Sequence record: SRR22947727_3604
DNA length: 56,685 bases
Strand: one strand, 5' to 3'
The notes under the pieces: generated by a model
Databases searched by the model: none
The model's input: only the letters and a program-made list of their open reading frames with translations
Told to the model about the DNA's origin: nothing
Translations under genes and position numbers: made by a program
Shown: positions 39,875 through 51,049 of the stretch, piece by piece
How positions within the stretch are numbered: position 1 is the stretch's first letter
Layout of the letters: every line of letters starts with the position of its first letter

Positions 39875-40420
39875 ATGAGGCCCATTTTGAAAAATAATAT
39901 TTTTGTTACCTTTTTGTTTTTACTTTTCGTCAACCCAGTATATTCTGCTTGTATGGATTTTTATAATCAAGATTTAAAAACTCTGCAGGGAGAAAAGTTT
40001 AACTTGTGTGAATATCAAGAGAAACCAATTCTTTTTGTAAATACAGCAAGTAAATGTGGCTTTACCTCCCAGTTTGAGGGACTTGAGAAGCTTTATAAGC
40101 AACATAGTAAAGATTTATTGATAGTAGGATTTCCCTCAAACGATTTTAATCAAGAATTCAAAACAGACAAGGAAATTCAAGACTTTTGTAAGTTAACCTA
40201 TGCTGTAGATTTTCCTATGATGAGTAAATCGAACGTTGTTGGTCCAAATGTAAATCCTGTTTATAGGAATTTAAAAAAAATGACAGGGGAAGCGCCCATG
40301 TGGAATTTTTATAAATTTCTTGTGATGCCTAATGCTGAAACAGCTTTTGTTTTTCCAAGTACCGTAGGTCCTGAGTCTTCTGAGATTATGGGACTTCTTG
40401 AGCCTTACTTTAAAAATTAA
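39875..40420 (+). CDS. glutathione peroxidase family protein (exported)
   Basis: NTASKCGFT, GFPSNDF, WNFYKF; N-terminal signal peptide. Confidence 0.9.
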   Translation: MRPILKNNIFVTFLFLLFVNPVYSACMDFYNQDLKTLQGEKFNLCEYQEKPILFVNTASKCGFTSQFEGLEKLYKQHSKDLLIVGFPSNDFNQEFKTDKEIQDFCKLTYAVDFPMMSKSNVVGPNVNPVYRNLKKMTGEAPMWNFYKFLVMPNAETAFVFPSTVGPESSEIMGLLEPYFKN

Positions 40421-41223
40421 TTTTTCATAAATTGTATGATGATGGCTGAAAGCTCTTCAACTGACTTTGAGGTTGAATCTGCGGTTGGGATACCAACCTT
40501 TTTCATTAATTCTTCTGCCTGACCAATCTCATGTCTACAGTTTGAGAGAGATGCATAGTTACTGTCCGGTCTTCTTTCACTCCTTAAAGAATGTAATCGT
40601 TCAGCCTTAATCGTAAGTCCGAATATTTTATCAAGGTAACCTTCAAGAATAGGGGGAAGCTTTCCTCTTTCGAAATCTTCAGGAATAAGTGGATAGTTTG
40701 CAGCTTTAATACCAAACTGCATTGCTAAATAGATACTCGTTGGAGTTTTCCCACTTCTAGAAACACCCACAAGTATAACTTGTGCTTGATTAAGACCGGT
40801 GTGAGTCATTCCATCATCATGACCTAAAGCAAAATTTATCGCTTCCATTCGCGAGCCATATTGATTTGTTTTTATACTGTGAGAAACGCCGGGTGTTGTC
40901 AAGGCTGACTCATTAAGCTCAACCCCAAGAGGGTGGATGAAAGAATCAAATAGATCAATATAATAAGCATCAACAGCTTTTAGCTCATTTCTTAACACTT
41001 GATTACCAATTGACATAATAACGATAGGTCTTGACCCAGTCATCATTTTTGCATTGGCAACTCTCTTTTGAGCGTCCTCAACTTTTTCAATTGAGTCTGT
41101 AAATGGAATCCTAATTTGATCAAATTCAGTTTCGGGGAAATGTGCTAATAAACCTCCTAGTGAACCAGCCGTAATACCAGTTCCATCTGATATAAAAAAG
41201 GCTGTCCTTTTATTTTTGGCCAT
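40417..41223 (-). CDS. ppsR: PEP synthase regulatory protein
   Basis: ISDGTGIT, GVSRSGKTPTS; adjacent to ppsA. Confidence 0.93.
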   Translation of the reverse strand: MAKNKRTAFFISDGTGITAGSLGGLLAHFPETEFDQIRIPFTDSIEKVEDAQKRVANAKMMTGSRPIVIMSIGNQVLRNELKAVDAYYIDLFDSFIHPLGVELNESALTTPGVSHSIKTNQYGSRMEAINFALGHDDGMTHTGLNQAQVILVGVSRSGKTPTSIYLAMQFGIKAANYPLIPEDFERGKLPPILEGYLDKIFGLTIKAERLHSLRSERRPDSNYASLSNCRHEIGQAEELMKKVGIPTADSTSKSVEELSAIIIQFMKN

Positions 41224-43587
41224 TTATTTTTTGCTTAAACTTTTCCATGTACTTATTACTGTATCAGGATTTAATGACATCGAATCCATTTTTTGGTCTA
41301 GTAGCCATTTTGCAAAATCTGGGTGATCCGAAGGGCCTTGTCCACAGATGCCTACATATTTTTTATTTGTTTTAGCCCCAGAGATTGCTAATTCAATTAA
41401 CTTCATAACTGCAGGGTCTCTTTCATCAAAACCATCTGCTAAAATACCTGAATCTCTATCAGTCCCCAGTGTCAATTGAGTTAAATCATTTGATCCGATT
41501 GAGAATCCATCAAAGTATTTTAGGAATTCTTTTGCTAAAATAGCGTTGGATGGGACTTCACACATCATAATAAGTCTCAATCCATTTACCCCGCGCTTAA
41601 GACCATTTTCCTCGAGTAAATCAATCACAGCTTCGGCTTCTTTTAATGTCCTCACAAAAGGAATCATCAATTCAATATTAGTTAAACCCATTTCATTTCT
41701 TGCTTTTATCATAGCTTCACATTCAAGCTTAAAGCAATCTTTAAATTGATCGGATATATATCTTGCAGCACCTCTAAAACCAATCATTGGGTTTTCTTCA
41801 TCAGGTTCGTAAATATCACCAGCGACTAACTTCTTGTACTCGTTTGATTTAAAGTCTGACATTCTCACAATTACTGGCTTTGGAAAAAATGCTGACGCAA
41901 TAGTGGCAACTCCCTCAGTCACTTTATTTACATAAAAGTCTTTAGGGGAAGCATATCCTCTAGATTTATAGTCAATTGCATTTTGGATATCTTCAGGCAT
42001 CGCATCATAATTCAATATGGCTTTGGGATGAATACCTATCATGTTATTAATTACAAACTCAAGCCTTGCCAAACCTACACCGTCGTTAGGGATTTGTGCG
42101 AAGGTAAAAGCCATATCTGGATTCCCCACATTCATCATTAGCTTGATGGGTATTTTTGGTAAATCGCCATCATCTTGAACTTTAATATCAAAATCTAACT
42201 TACCTTGATAGACTATGCCTGTTTCTCCTTCAGAGCATGACACTGTTACAGTTTCCTGCTCGGTGAGAAGTTCTGTTGCATTGACACTCCCAACAATTGC
42301 AGGAATACCGAGCTCTCTAGCAATTATTGCTGCATGGCATGTCCTGCCACCGCGATTTGTAACTAATGCCGAGGCTCTTTTCATAACAGGCTCCCAATTT
42401 GGATCAGTCATATCAGCTACAAGAACATCACCCGGTTGGACGGTATGCATTTCTGACGGATCTTTAACAATTTTTACAGGCCCTATACCAATTTTTTGTG
42501 TGACCGCTCTCCCAGCAACCAATGCTTTACTTGTTTCTTTTAAAGAATAAGTTTCAGTGGTATTTTGATTCTGCGATTTAACTGTCTCAGGTCTTGCTTG
42601 AAGTATGTATAAATTACCATCAAGTCCATTTTTCCCCCACTCGATATCCATTGGACATCCGTAATGAGATTCAATAATCATTGCGTATTCAGCTAACTCT
42701 TTTACGTCACTTTCGTTAATACTAAATTGATTTGATAAATCTTCTTCAACATCTACTGTGTTTGTACTAAGCCCCGCTTTCGTATCTTCACTAAAAACCA
42801 TTTTTATTTTTTTGGATCCGATAGATTTTCTAACAATGGCATTTTTTTCCAATTTTAGAAGTGATTTATGTACATAAAATTCGTCTGGATTTACCGCTCC
42901 TTGAACCACTGTTTCACCAAGTCCATAGGATGAGGTAATAAAAATCACATCCTTAAAACCTGATTCTGTATCAATTGTGAACATAACACCTGATGAACCC
43001 ATATCACTTCTCACCATCTGTTGTATCCCAGCTGAAATAGCCACTTCAGAATGAATGAAGTTTTTATGGACCCGATATGAAATTGCACGATCGTTATATA
43101 AAGAAGCAAATACCTCTTTAATCGCTTGTTTGATATTATCTATACCATGAATGTTTAAAAAACTTTCTTGTTGTCCAGCAAATGATGCATCAGGTAAATC
43201 TTCTGCTGTTGCTGATGATCGAACTGCAAATGTAGTGCCTTTAGGTGACTTATCTAATAAATTTTCATAGTGACTTTTTATATTTGTCTCTAACTCTTTT
43301 GAAAATGGGGTGTCAAGAATCCATTTTCGAATTTTCTTTCCACTTTCAGCAAGCTTTACAACGTCGTTAATATCAAGATCTTTTAATTCTTCTTCAATTT
43401 TTGTGCCTAACTGATTTTGACTCAAAAAGTCGTTAAAGGCATCCGCAGTCGTTGCAAAACCTGTTGGGACTCTCACACCTTTTGCCTTAAGTTGAGATAT
43501 CATTTCACCTAGCGATGCATTTTTGCCGCCTACAACAGCGACATCTTTATTTCTGAGCTTTTCGAAAGAAATTATACTTTGAGTCAT
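41224..43587 (-). CDS. ppsA: phosphoenolpyruvate synthase
   Basis: GGKNASLGEM, GGRTCHAAIIARE, GICGQGPSD. Confidence 0.97.
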   Translation of the reverse strand: MTQSIISFEKLRNKDVAVVGGKNASLGEMISQLKAKGVRVPTGFATTADAFNDFLSQNQLGTKIEEELKDLDINDVVKLAESGKKIRKWILDTPFSKELETNIKSHYENLLDKSPKGTTFAVRSSATAEDLPDASFAGQQESFLNIHGIDNIKQAIKEVFASLYNDRAISYRVHKNFIHSEVAISAGIQQMVRSDMGSSGVMFTIDTESGFKDVIFITSSYGLGETVVQGAVNPDEFYVHKSLLKLEKNAIVRKSIGSKKIKMVFSEDTKAGLSTNTVDVEEDLSNQFSINESDVKELAEYAMIIESHYGCPMDIEWGKNGLDGNLYILQARPETVKSQNQNTTETYSLKETSKALVAGRAVTQKIGIGPVKIVKDPSEMHTVQPGDVLVADMTDPNWEPVMKRASALVTNRGGRTCHAAIIARELGIPAIVGSVNATELLTEQETVTVSCSEGETGIVYQGKLDFDIKVQDDGDLPKIPIKLMMNVGNPDMAFTFAQIPNDGVGLARLEFVINNMIGIHPKAILNYDAMPEDIQNAIDYKSRGYASPKDFYVNKVTEGVATIASAFFPKPVIVRMSDFKSNEYKKLVAGDIYEPDEENPMIGFRGAARYISDQFKDCFKLECEAMIKARNEMGLTNIELMIPFVRTLKEAEAVIDLLEENGLKRGVNGLRLIMMCEVPSNAILAKEFLKYFDGFSIGSNDLTQLTLGTDRDSGILADGFDERDPAVMKLIELAISGAKTNKKYVGICGQGPSDHPDFAKWLLDQKMDSMSLNPDTVISTWKSLSKK

Positions 43588-43845
43588 GAGTTACCTTTGG
43601 AATAATCAATATCTGTAAAGAACGTAATTTTGCCACATTATAGGATTAGTTGTCGACTTAAACGTTTTCTTAAATAAACTTGTTAATTAGATATTAAATT
43701 TAATTCTAATTTAACTAAACATTTTATATTTAGTAGAAATATTGTTGTTATTTGATAAATTTTGTTAAAATGTTCAGCCCGGTCTGTTTTTAAAAACTAG
43801 GATCGAAATTACATAATACTTATTTAAAAAAATACGGAGAAATTA

Positions 43846-44796
43846 ATGGCTTCATTACTCGAACAACTAAAAACAATGACAACAATTGTTGCAGATACAG
43901 GGGAGGTTGATGCAATTAAATCTCTAAAACCTGTAGATGCTACAACGAACCCTTCTTTATTATTGAAGGCAAGTAAGCTGCCACAATGTGAACCCATGAT
44001 TGAAGAGGCTATAGAATACGCAAAAGCTAAGAGCTCTGATAAAGCCCAACAAATCGAAGATGCTGCAGATAAGTTAGCTGTTCTTGTTGGGTTAGAAATA
44101 TCTAAACATATTCCTGGAAGAATATCTACCGAAGTTGACGCTAGCCTTTCTTTCAATATTGACAAAATGGTCGCTAAGGGTAAAAAAATTATCTCTCTAT
44201 ATGAAGAGGCTGGCTTAACAAAAGATAGGGTTTTAATTAAACTAGCATCAACATGGGAAGGTATTAAGGCCGGTGAAATTCTTGAAAAAGAGGGTATTAA
44301 CTGTAATTTAACTTTACTATTTAGTTTTGCGCAAGCAAGAGCTTGTGCGGAAGCAGGTGTTTTCCTAATATCTCCATTTGTAGGAAGGATTTTAGATTGG
44401 TATAAAGCAAGCACAGGCGAAGAATACACCTCAGAAACTGACCCAGGTGTTGTTTCAGTTAGAAATATATATAGCTGGTATAAGGAACATGGATTCAAAA
44501 CAGTCGTAATGGGTGCATCATTTAGAAATATTGGTGAAATTACAGCATTATCTGGTTGTGATCGTTTAACAATTGGTCCAGCTCTGATTGAGGAATTAGA
44601 TGCAACCGAGGGAGATCTTCCACAATATCTTAAAGATAATGGAGCAAGCAAAGAAAAGCCATCCAAACTTGAGGAGGATCAATTTAGATTCGATCATAAT
44701 GAAGATGCTATGGCCACTGAGAAGCTAGCAGAGGGTATCAGAAACTTTGTTATTGATCAAAATAAATTAGAGGATGCACTAAGTCAAAAACTTTAA
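43846..44796 (+). CDS. tal: transaldolase
   Basis: [30 protein letters not shown]. Confidence 0.97.
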   Translation: MASLLEQLKTMTTIVADTGEVDAIKSLKPVDATTNPSLLLKASKLPQCEPMIEEAIEYAKAKSSDKAQQIEDAADKLAVLVGLEISKHIPGRISTEVDASLSFNIDKMVAKGKKIISLYEEAGLTKDRVLIKLASTWEGIKAGEILEKEGINCNLTLLFSFAQARACAEAGVFLISPFVGRILDWYKASTGEEYTSETDPGVVSVRNIYSWYKEHGFKTVVMGASFRNIGEITALSGCDRLTIGPALIEELDATEGDLPQYLKDNGASKEKPSKLEEDQFRFDHNEDAMATEKLAEGIRNFVIDQNKLEDALSQKL

Positions 44797-44814
44797 GAGA
44801 TACAACTTCGTTAA

Positions 44815-44843
44815 TTGACAATATTTAACTGAAGTTATATTAT
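44815..44843 (+). promoter_or_regulatory. sigma70-type promoter of hxlA
   Basis: TTGACA-17 bp-TATTAT. Confidence 0.7.
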
Positions 44844-44941
44844 CCTCGGTCTACTCGACCTAAATGAGAAAAAAGTTTTACGAGTTTTTTAGCGTAGATA
44901 TTTTATTAATAATGTACTTTTAAATATGGGAGATAAAAACC

Positions 44942-45571
44942 ATGGCATTAACACAAATGGCACTAGATTCATTAGATTTTGACGCAACAGTAGCATTAGC
45001 AGAAACAGTTGCTCCTCACGTTGATATCTTAGAAATTGGTACACCATGTATCAAACACAACGGTATTAAATTACTTGAAACATTAAAAGCAAAATTTCCA
45101 AATAACCTTATCCTTGTTGATCTTAAAACAATGGATGCGGGTGAATATGAAGCTGAGCCTTTTTATAAAGCAGGTGCAGATATCTGTACAGTGCTAGGCG
45201 CTTCTGGAATTGCTACAATCAAAGGCGTTATTGCTGCTGCTAAGAAGTATGGTAAAGAATGCCAAGTTGACATGATTAACGTTGACGATAAAGAATCTTT
45301 AGCAAAAGAAGCTGTAGCTGCAGGTGCTGATATCATCGGTGTTCATACAGGTCTTGATGCACAAGCTGCTGGTCATACACCATTTGCTGATCTTGCTGCA
45401 ATTGCTGCTCTAAACACTGGCGCTAAAATTTCTGTTGCTGGTGGTGTTAAAGCTGCTACAGCACAAGAAGTAAAAGACGCAGGTGCTGCGATTATTGTTG
45501 CGGGTGCTGCTATTTACGGTGCTGCTGATCCAGCTGCTGCTGCTGCTGAGATTACATCTATTGCTCACTAA
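44942..45571 (+). CDS. hxlA: 3-hexulose-6-phosphate synthase
   Basis: QMALD, EIGTP, DLKTMDAG, GVHTGLDAQ; strongly biased codon usage. Confidence 0.95.
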   Translation: MALTQMALDSLDFDATVALAETVAPHVDILEIGTPCIKHNGIKLLETLKAKFPNNLILVDLKTMDAGEYEAEPFYKAGADICTVLGASGIATIKGVIAAAKKYGKECQVDMINVDDKESLAKEAVAAGADIIGVHTGLDAQAAGHTPFADLAAIAALNTGAKISVAGGVKAATAQEVKDAGAAIIVAGAAIYGAADPAAAAAEITSIAH

Positions 45572-45595
45572 ATTTTGACAGTAGATTGCTTATAT

Positions 45596-45626
45596 AAAAA
45601 ACCCGGCTTATTGCCGGGTTTTTTTT
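45596..45626 (+). terminator. intrinsic terminator after hxlA
   Basis: AAAAAACCCGGC-ttatt-GCCGGGTTTTTTTT. Confidence 0.85.
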
Positions 45627-45669
45627 GGTATGATTACAACATAATTATTGATTAGGAGTTAACTTTAGT

Positions 45670-46206
45670 ATGGATACACAAAAATTAATTGTTGATAAAA
45701 TTCAAGCTGTGCTGGATTCGACAGATAAAAATCAGTCTTCGGAGCTAAAAAAACTGATTGATCAAGCAGGTCACATTTTCGTAGCAGGTGCTGGAAGATC
45801 AAAATTAGTATCAAGTTTTTTAGCAATGAGGTTAGTCCATTGTGGCTATAATGTGAGCATGGTAGGTGAGATTGTTACGCCAGCATTGAAAGATGGTGAT
45901 TTATATATTGTTATCTCAGGCTCTGGTGGAACTAAAACGCTTCTTCCTACCCTTGAAACTGCAAAATCTAAGGGAGCAAAGATTGCGGTTGTCTCAATGA
46001 AGACTTCTTCAGCGATGGCCGACTTAGCTGATTTAACGATAAAAATGGGTAATGATGATGTCTTTGCACTTACGAAAGGACTGCCAATGGGAACTTCATT
46101 TGAGCTTTCAACATTAGTTTATTTAGAAGCAATAATTGGCGAGATTGTCTTTGATAAGGACCTCACCGAAGAGGGTATGAGAGCTATTCATGCTAACCTA
46201 GAGTAA
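45670..46206 (+). CDS. hxlB: 6-phospho-3-hexuloisomerase
   Basis: GAGRS, SGSG, PMGTSFE, HANLE. Confidence 0.95.
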   Translation: MDTQKLIVDKIQAVLDSTDKNQSSELKKLIDQAGHIFVAGAGRSKLVSSFLAMRLVHCGYNVSMVGEIVTPALKDGDLYIVISGSGGTKTLLPTLETAKSKGAKIAVVSMKTSSAMADLADLTIKMGNDDVFALTKGLPMGTSFELSTLVYLEAIIGEIVFDKDLTEEGMRAIHANLE

Positions 46207-46225
46207 CATGGGTATATAGGTTTTT

Positions 46226-46253
46226 AAAAAAAGACACCTTGGTGTCTTTTTTT
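46226..46253 (+). terminator. intrinsic terminator after hxlB
   Basis: AAAAAAAGACACC-tt-GGTGTCTTTTTTT. Confidence 0.8.
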
Positions 46254-46290
46254 ATTCTTTAAGATAAGTGAGGTTTGTAAAAAACAATAA

Positions 46291-47646
46291 ATGCTGATTT
46301 CAAAGATTCCATATAAAGTTGATACCACGACTTACTATGAACAAATTCGTCATTTAGATTGGCCTGTTTTTTTTGATAGCTGCTATCAGTCAGATAGAGA
46401 AAAAAGTCAGTATGCCCGCTATGATATTATTTCCGCTGATCCTTTTGTTAAAATTTACTCAAATTTAAATTCGATAAAAGTATGTGAAAAAAATCAAACC
46501 TTTCATTCTAATGATGATGGCTTAGAGATCGTGCAGAACTATATCAACAAGTACTCAAGGCCTTATTCAGAAATTCCATTCATTGGGGGAGCAATTGGAT
46601 ATTGTTCTTACGAGATGGAAGAAAAGAAAATTGATAATTATAATTTACCCAAGATTTCGATGGGAATTTATGACTGGGCACTAATCGTTGATCATTTTCT
46701 CCAAGAAGCATATTTGGTAACTACAAATGTTGATGAAGAAACAAAAAAAAATTGGTCAAAGTACACTAAGTTATTAAGTACTTCAACTTCTGATAAAAGC
46801 CAAAAATTTATTGTGAAGAGTGAAATAGAAGATAATTCAAACTTTGAGGACTATCGTAATAAATTCAAATTAGTTATGGATTACTTAAAGGAAGGTGATT
46901 GTTATCAAATTAATCTCTCAAAACAATATAAAGTTTTAGTTGAGGGAGATAGTTGGCAATTTTATAAGATATTTAGAAATTCAAATAAATCAAGATATAT
47001 GGCTTATTTAGATTTTACAGATTTTGAAATACTTTCGGGTTCACCCGAAAGATTCATTCAGGTAAGAGGTAATGAAGTGAATACAAGGCCAATAAAGGGA
47101 ACAATCGGAAGAGATAAAAATCATGATAGAGATAAAAAGAATGCATTAGCTCTAAAAGAATCTGTTAAAGATCAATCAGAAAACTTAATGATCGTTGATC
47201 TTTTAAGAAATGATTTAAGTAAAAACTGTGACATTGGCTCAATTAAAGTAAGTGAATTATTTGAATTAGAATCTTACCCAAATGTCCATCATCTGGTAAG
47301 CACTATTTCTGGAAATTTAAAAAATGAATCAAACATGTTAAAGCTTTTTTCTGACTCTTTTCCTGGGGGTTCAATTACGGGTGCTCCGAAAATAAGAGCT
47401 ATGGAGATTATAAGAGAGCTTGAAGATCATAATAGGGAATTATATTGCGGTTCCGTTGTTTATTTTAGCTTTAATCGATCTATGGACAGTAATATTGCAA
47501 TTAGAAGCTTATTTAGGAAAGGCAATGAATTATATTTTTATTCTGGCGGGGCTTTAACAATTGCATCAAATGATAAAGATGAATTTCAGGAAATTGAGGA
47601 TAAGGTGAGAATTATTAAAAAAACTATTAATTATTTTAAGGAGTAA
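46291..47646 (+). CDS. pabB: aminodeoxychorismate synthase component I
   Basis: GDCYQIN, SPERF, TRPIKGT, MIVDLLRND, FPGGSITGAPK. Confidence 0.92.
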   Translation: MLISKIPYKVDTTTYYEQIRHLDWPVFFDSCYQSDREKSQYARYDIISADPFVKIYSNLNSIKVCEKNQTFHSNDDGLEIVQNYINKYSRPYSEIPFIGGAIGYCSYEMEEKKIDNYNLPKISMGIYDWALIVDHFLQEAYLVTTNVDEETKKNWSKYTKLLSTSTSDKSQKFIVKSEIEDNSNFEDYRNKFKLVMDYLKEGDCYQINLSKQYKVLVEGDSWQFYKIFRNSNKSRYMAYLDFTDFEILSGSPERFIQVRGNEVNTRPIKGTIGRDKNHDRDKKNALALKESVKDQSENLMIVDLLRNDLSKNCDIGSIKVSELFELESYPNVHHLVSTISGNLKNESNMLKLFSDSFPGGSITGAPKIRAMEIIRELEDHNRELYCGSVVYFSFNRSMDSNIAIRSLFRKGNELYFYSGGALTIASNDKDEFQEIEDKVRIIKKTINYFKE

Positions 47647-47942
47647 TGGATATGATAGACATTTCTGATGATTTAAAGGAAAAGCTTAAAACGGATCTCC
47701 CTGAGTGGAAGCTATCTACAAATGGGATTAATCGGTGGATTTCGAGAGAAGTTTCTACTGAATTAGGGGGGGTAGTTAGTAAGATATGGGATCTTGCAGA
47801 AGAAGCCAACCATCACCCTGATATAATTCTTGGATACAAAGGTATATCAGTAGACCTCCTAACGCATGATAAAAATGCGATAACAATTAAGGATATTGAT
47901 CTTGCCAATAAAATTGAGATATTAATTTTATCTTTGAATTAA
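47646..47942 (+). CDS. pterin-4a-carbinolamine dehydratase
   Basis: AEEANHHPDI, THD...DIDLA. Confidence 0.85.
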   Translation: MDMIDISDDLKEKLKTDLPEWKLSTNGINRWISREVSTELGGVVSKIWDLAEEANHHPDIILGYKGISVDLLTHDKNAITIKDIDLANKIEILILSLN

Positions 47943-50900
47943 TTTTTTAAATGAGCCGTAATTTAATAAAATTGTCGGCAGTATTAGAAGATTAAGGATA
48001 GTTGAAGTAAATAAGCCGCCAATAATAATCATTGCCATGGGTCCCTCAATCTCTTTTCCTGGCTGATCCGAGCCAAAGGCAATGGGAGTCAATGCGAGAC
48101 CTGCAACAAGCGCTGTCATTAAGATTGATGGCAGCCTTTCTTTAGCGCCCCGTATACATGTTTTGGTATCCCAAATACAATTCTCCTCATTAATTAAAAA
48201 TTGATAATGTGATATAAGCATAATTGTATTTCGTAAGGTAATACCAAATAACGTTACAAATCCAACGAGTGATCCAATTGAAATCCAGCCCCCAGTAAAA
48301 GTGGCAGCCAAAACACCGCCTATCAGTGCGAAGGGAAGGTTCAGAACAGTCAAACATAAATTAGAAAATGAACCAAAAGCAATGTAAAGTAAAAGCAAGA
48401 CAACGCCCCCAGCAAAGAGAGATTGGGTTATGAGTTCATTTCTAGCTTGTCTATTTTCTTGAGCTGATCCTGTAACTTCATAATAGTTACCGTCATTAAG
48501 CTTTAATTCTTTTAATTTTGTATTTAGGCTCTTTGTGAAAATGTCTATATCGACGTCACCTATATTAGCGGTTACCGTTTGAACTCTCTTACCGTTTTGA
48601 TGAAGAATTTTTGATCTACCGTTTTTCTGAGTTATGTCAGCTATTTCAGACAGCGGTATTATTTGATTTTGGGCATTCATGATCGGCAACTCTTTTATAT
48701 CAAGTATGTCATCTCTTGACTCCTTATTAAGGGTCAAAGCAACTGTTGTGGGGATAATTCCATTGTAAATTTTTGTTACAGGATAATTATCATAAGCAGC
48801 TCTTATAAACTTTAAAACATCTGCTTTATTTATTCCAAGAGAGCTCATTTTCTCTGATCTAAGTTTAATGAATACCTCAGGTGAGCCTGGAGGTGATTGA
48901 AGTGTAATATCTTTTATCCCATTAATAGTATTCAACGTTGAACTAATCAGTGCTGCGTCTTGATCAATTAGATCAAGATTTTCACCGTACAGGTTTATAA
49001 CTACGGATGCATTATATCCAGAAATAGTTTCTTCAATCCTTTCGGTAAGAAAGGTATTGATTGCAAAGTTAACTCCCACAAACCCAGCATCAAGCTCTTT
49101 ACTCTCATCTCCATGCAAAGTAGATTTTATTTGTTCTAAAATCTCATCTTGCTCTGGGCCACCTAATCCTTCATCCAGCTCAATTTCAAATTCACTATAG
49201 TGTGTACCAAATGTATCAGCACCTAAAGGTGATCTTCCTACCCATTGTGCAATCGATTTTATACCTTCAATTTTTTCTAATTTTTTTGTCACGAGATTAC
49301 CTACCCTGATTGATTCTTCCTCAGAGGTACCAGGGAATGAAGTCATATGCATAATAAAATGTCCTTCGTGAAGAGGGGGGATAAATTGTGTCTTAAGAAA
49401 AGGTAAAAAAGATAAACCAATTGCAATTACAAATAAAGACGAAAAAATTATTAACTTAGATTGTTTTTCTATTCCCAGTAAAATAATTTCATATTTATGT
49501 TTAAGGAATTTAACTACTGGGGAGTCTTCTGTTTTTATATCTGAATAACCAATCATCAAGTAACACAGAGCAGGGGTGATGGTGAGGGCAACAAATAGAG
49601 ATGCCGTGATTGAAGAGATATATGCAATTGCTAAAGGCCCAAAGAGCTTTCCAGCAACCCCAGAAAGTGATAATAATGGAAGAAAAACAAGGACAATGAT
49701 TACTGTTGCAAACACGACAGACTTTCTTACCTCCATTGAAGAGCTAAAGACCACCTGATAGAGTGGCAATGGTTGTTTTTTTTGTTTGTTTTGCCGCATT
49801 CTTCGAAATATATTTTCAACGTCAATAATTGCATCGTCAACAACTTCACCTAAAGCAATTGCCAATCCGCTAATGACCATTACGTTTAGACCAATATCAA
49901 AATAACTCATTACTGAGATTGCAGATAGGAGTGATAGAGGTATTGCAACGGCTGAAATAAAAGCAGTTTTAAAGTTAAATAGGAAGAGGTAAAGAATAGA
50001 TATAACAAAAAAAGCACCAATGACAATATCAATTCTCAATCCTTTAATAGATGCATCAATAAAATTTGATGGTTTAAATAAATCTGGAATGAGTTCAATA
50101 TTTTGATTTTTTAGCAAAGGCTCAATTAATTCAAGAGCAATTTCTAGTTCCTGAGTTAATTTATAAGAATCTGCATTTAATTGACCTTGAACTGATAAAT
50201 AGACTCCAGGATTTCCATTGATTGAGGCTGCACTAATTGATGGCTCAAAACTTTCCTTTACATTTGCAACATCCCTAATCTTAATGACACTATTATTTAC
50301 ACTTTTGATAGGAGCAATTTCAATTTCTTTTAAAGTCTTTGATTGACCGTCTGTATTTATTATTATTCTCTGGTTGGCATTTTCGATATAACCCCCACCC
50401 ATAACAAGTGTCGAATTTTCTACAGCATGAAGTATTTCCCCTATTGAAATATTGTATTGATAAAGCTTTTTAGGGATAACTTCTATGTGAATTTGTTTGA
50501 CTTTACCACCAAACCTATTTACATCAGCCACGCCAGATACAGCCATTAATTGGGGGATTATAAGGGTTTCCGCGACTGTTCTTAGCTCTGTTAGGGTCTT
50601 ATTGTCTGAGTAAATACCAATACCTAGAACACTTGATGCTGATGAGGTTAGCGGGGCAATTGTTGGAATAATCCCCGTAGGTAAAGATCTTATTAATTTT
50701 GAAAGACTTTCAGAAACAGCCTGTCTATTTTTATGAATATCTGTTTTTTCATCAAAGATGACAGTCACTACAGAAAGTCCCGGAATAGACTGAGATCGTG
50801 TTTGTTTGATGCCAATTGTTCCTGATATCGCCTGTTCTATTGGTTTAGAAATAACTGTCTCAACCAAACTAGAGGAAAAGCCAGGTGCTTCAGTTTGAAT

Positions 50901-51041
50901 AATTACTTGAGTTGGAGAAAATTCAGGAAATACATTCAAAGGACTCTGCTTTATCTGGTAAATACCATAGGCTATGATAATAAAAGCTAATCCAATTATT
51001 ACCCCAGGATGACGAATTGAAAAACGAATAACTGATCCCAT
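47928..51041 (-). CDS. CusA/CzcA-like RND permease
   Basis: VFPEFSP.QV.IQTEAPG, ALGEVVDDAIIDVENI, PGKEIEGPMA. Confidence 0.88.
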   Translation of the reverse strand: MGSVIRFSIRHPGVIIGLAFIIIAYGIYQIKQSPLNVFPEFSPTQVIIQTEAPGFSSSLVETVISKPIEQAISGTIGIKQTRSQSIPGLSVVTVIFDEKTDIHKNRQAVSESLSKLIRSLPTGIIPTIAPLTSSASSVLGIGIYSDNKTLTELRTVAETLIIPQLMAVSGVADVNRFGGKVKQIHIEVIPKKLYQYNISIGEILHAVENSTLVMGGGYIENANQRIIINTDGQSKTLKEIEIAPIKSVNNSVIKIRDVANVKESFEPSISAASINGNPGVYLSVQGQLNADSYKLTQELEIALELIEPLLKNQNIELIPDLFKPSNFIDASIKGLRIDIVIGAFFVISILYLFLFNFKTAFISAVAIPLSLLSAISVMSYFDIGLNVMVISGLAIALGEVVDDAIIDVENIFRRMRQNKQKKQPLPLYQVVFSSSMEVRKSVVFATVIIVLVFLPLLSLSGVAGKLFGPLAIAYISSITASLFVALTITPALCYLMIGYSDIKTEDSPVVKFLKHKYEIILLGIEKQSKLIIFSSLFVIAIGLSFLPFLKTQFIPPLHEGHFIMHMTSFPGTSEEESIRVGNLVTKKLEKIEGIKSIAQWVGRSPLGADTFGTHYSEFEIELDEGLGGPEQDEILEQIKSTLHGDESKELDAGFVGVNFAINTFLTERIEETISGYNASVVINLYGENLDLIDQDAALISSTLNTINGIKDITLQSPPGSPEVFIKLRSEKMSSLGINKADVLKFIRAAYDNYPVTKIYNGIIPTTVALTLNKESRDDILDIKELPIMNAQNQIIPLSEIADITQKNGRSKILHQNGKRVQTVTANIGDVDIDIFTKSLNTKLKELKLNDGNYYEVTGSAQENRQARNELITQSLFAGGVVLLLLYIAFGSFSNLCLTVLNLPFALIGGVLAATFTGGWISIGSLVGFVTLFGITLRNTIMLISHYQFLINEENCIWDTKTCIRGAKERLPSILMTALVAGLALTPIAFGSDQPGKEIEGPMAMIIIGGLFTSTILNLLILPTILLNYGSFKKLIQR

Positions 51042-51049
51042 CTTAAAAA

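Noticed and set aside
43683-43714. AT-rich imperfect palindrome between ppsA and tal
   Set aside because: Almost all A/T, so expected by chance at this composition
43824-44666. 280-aa minus-strand ORF
   Set aside because: Antisense shadow of transaldolase with no recognisable motifs
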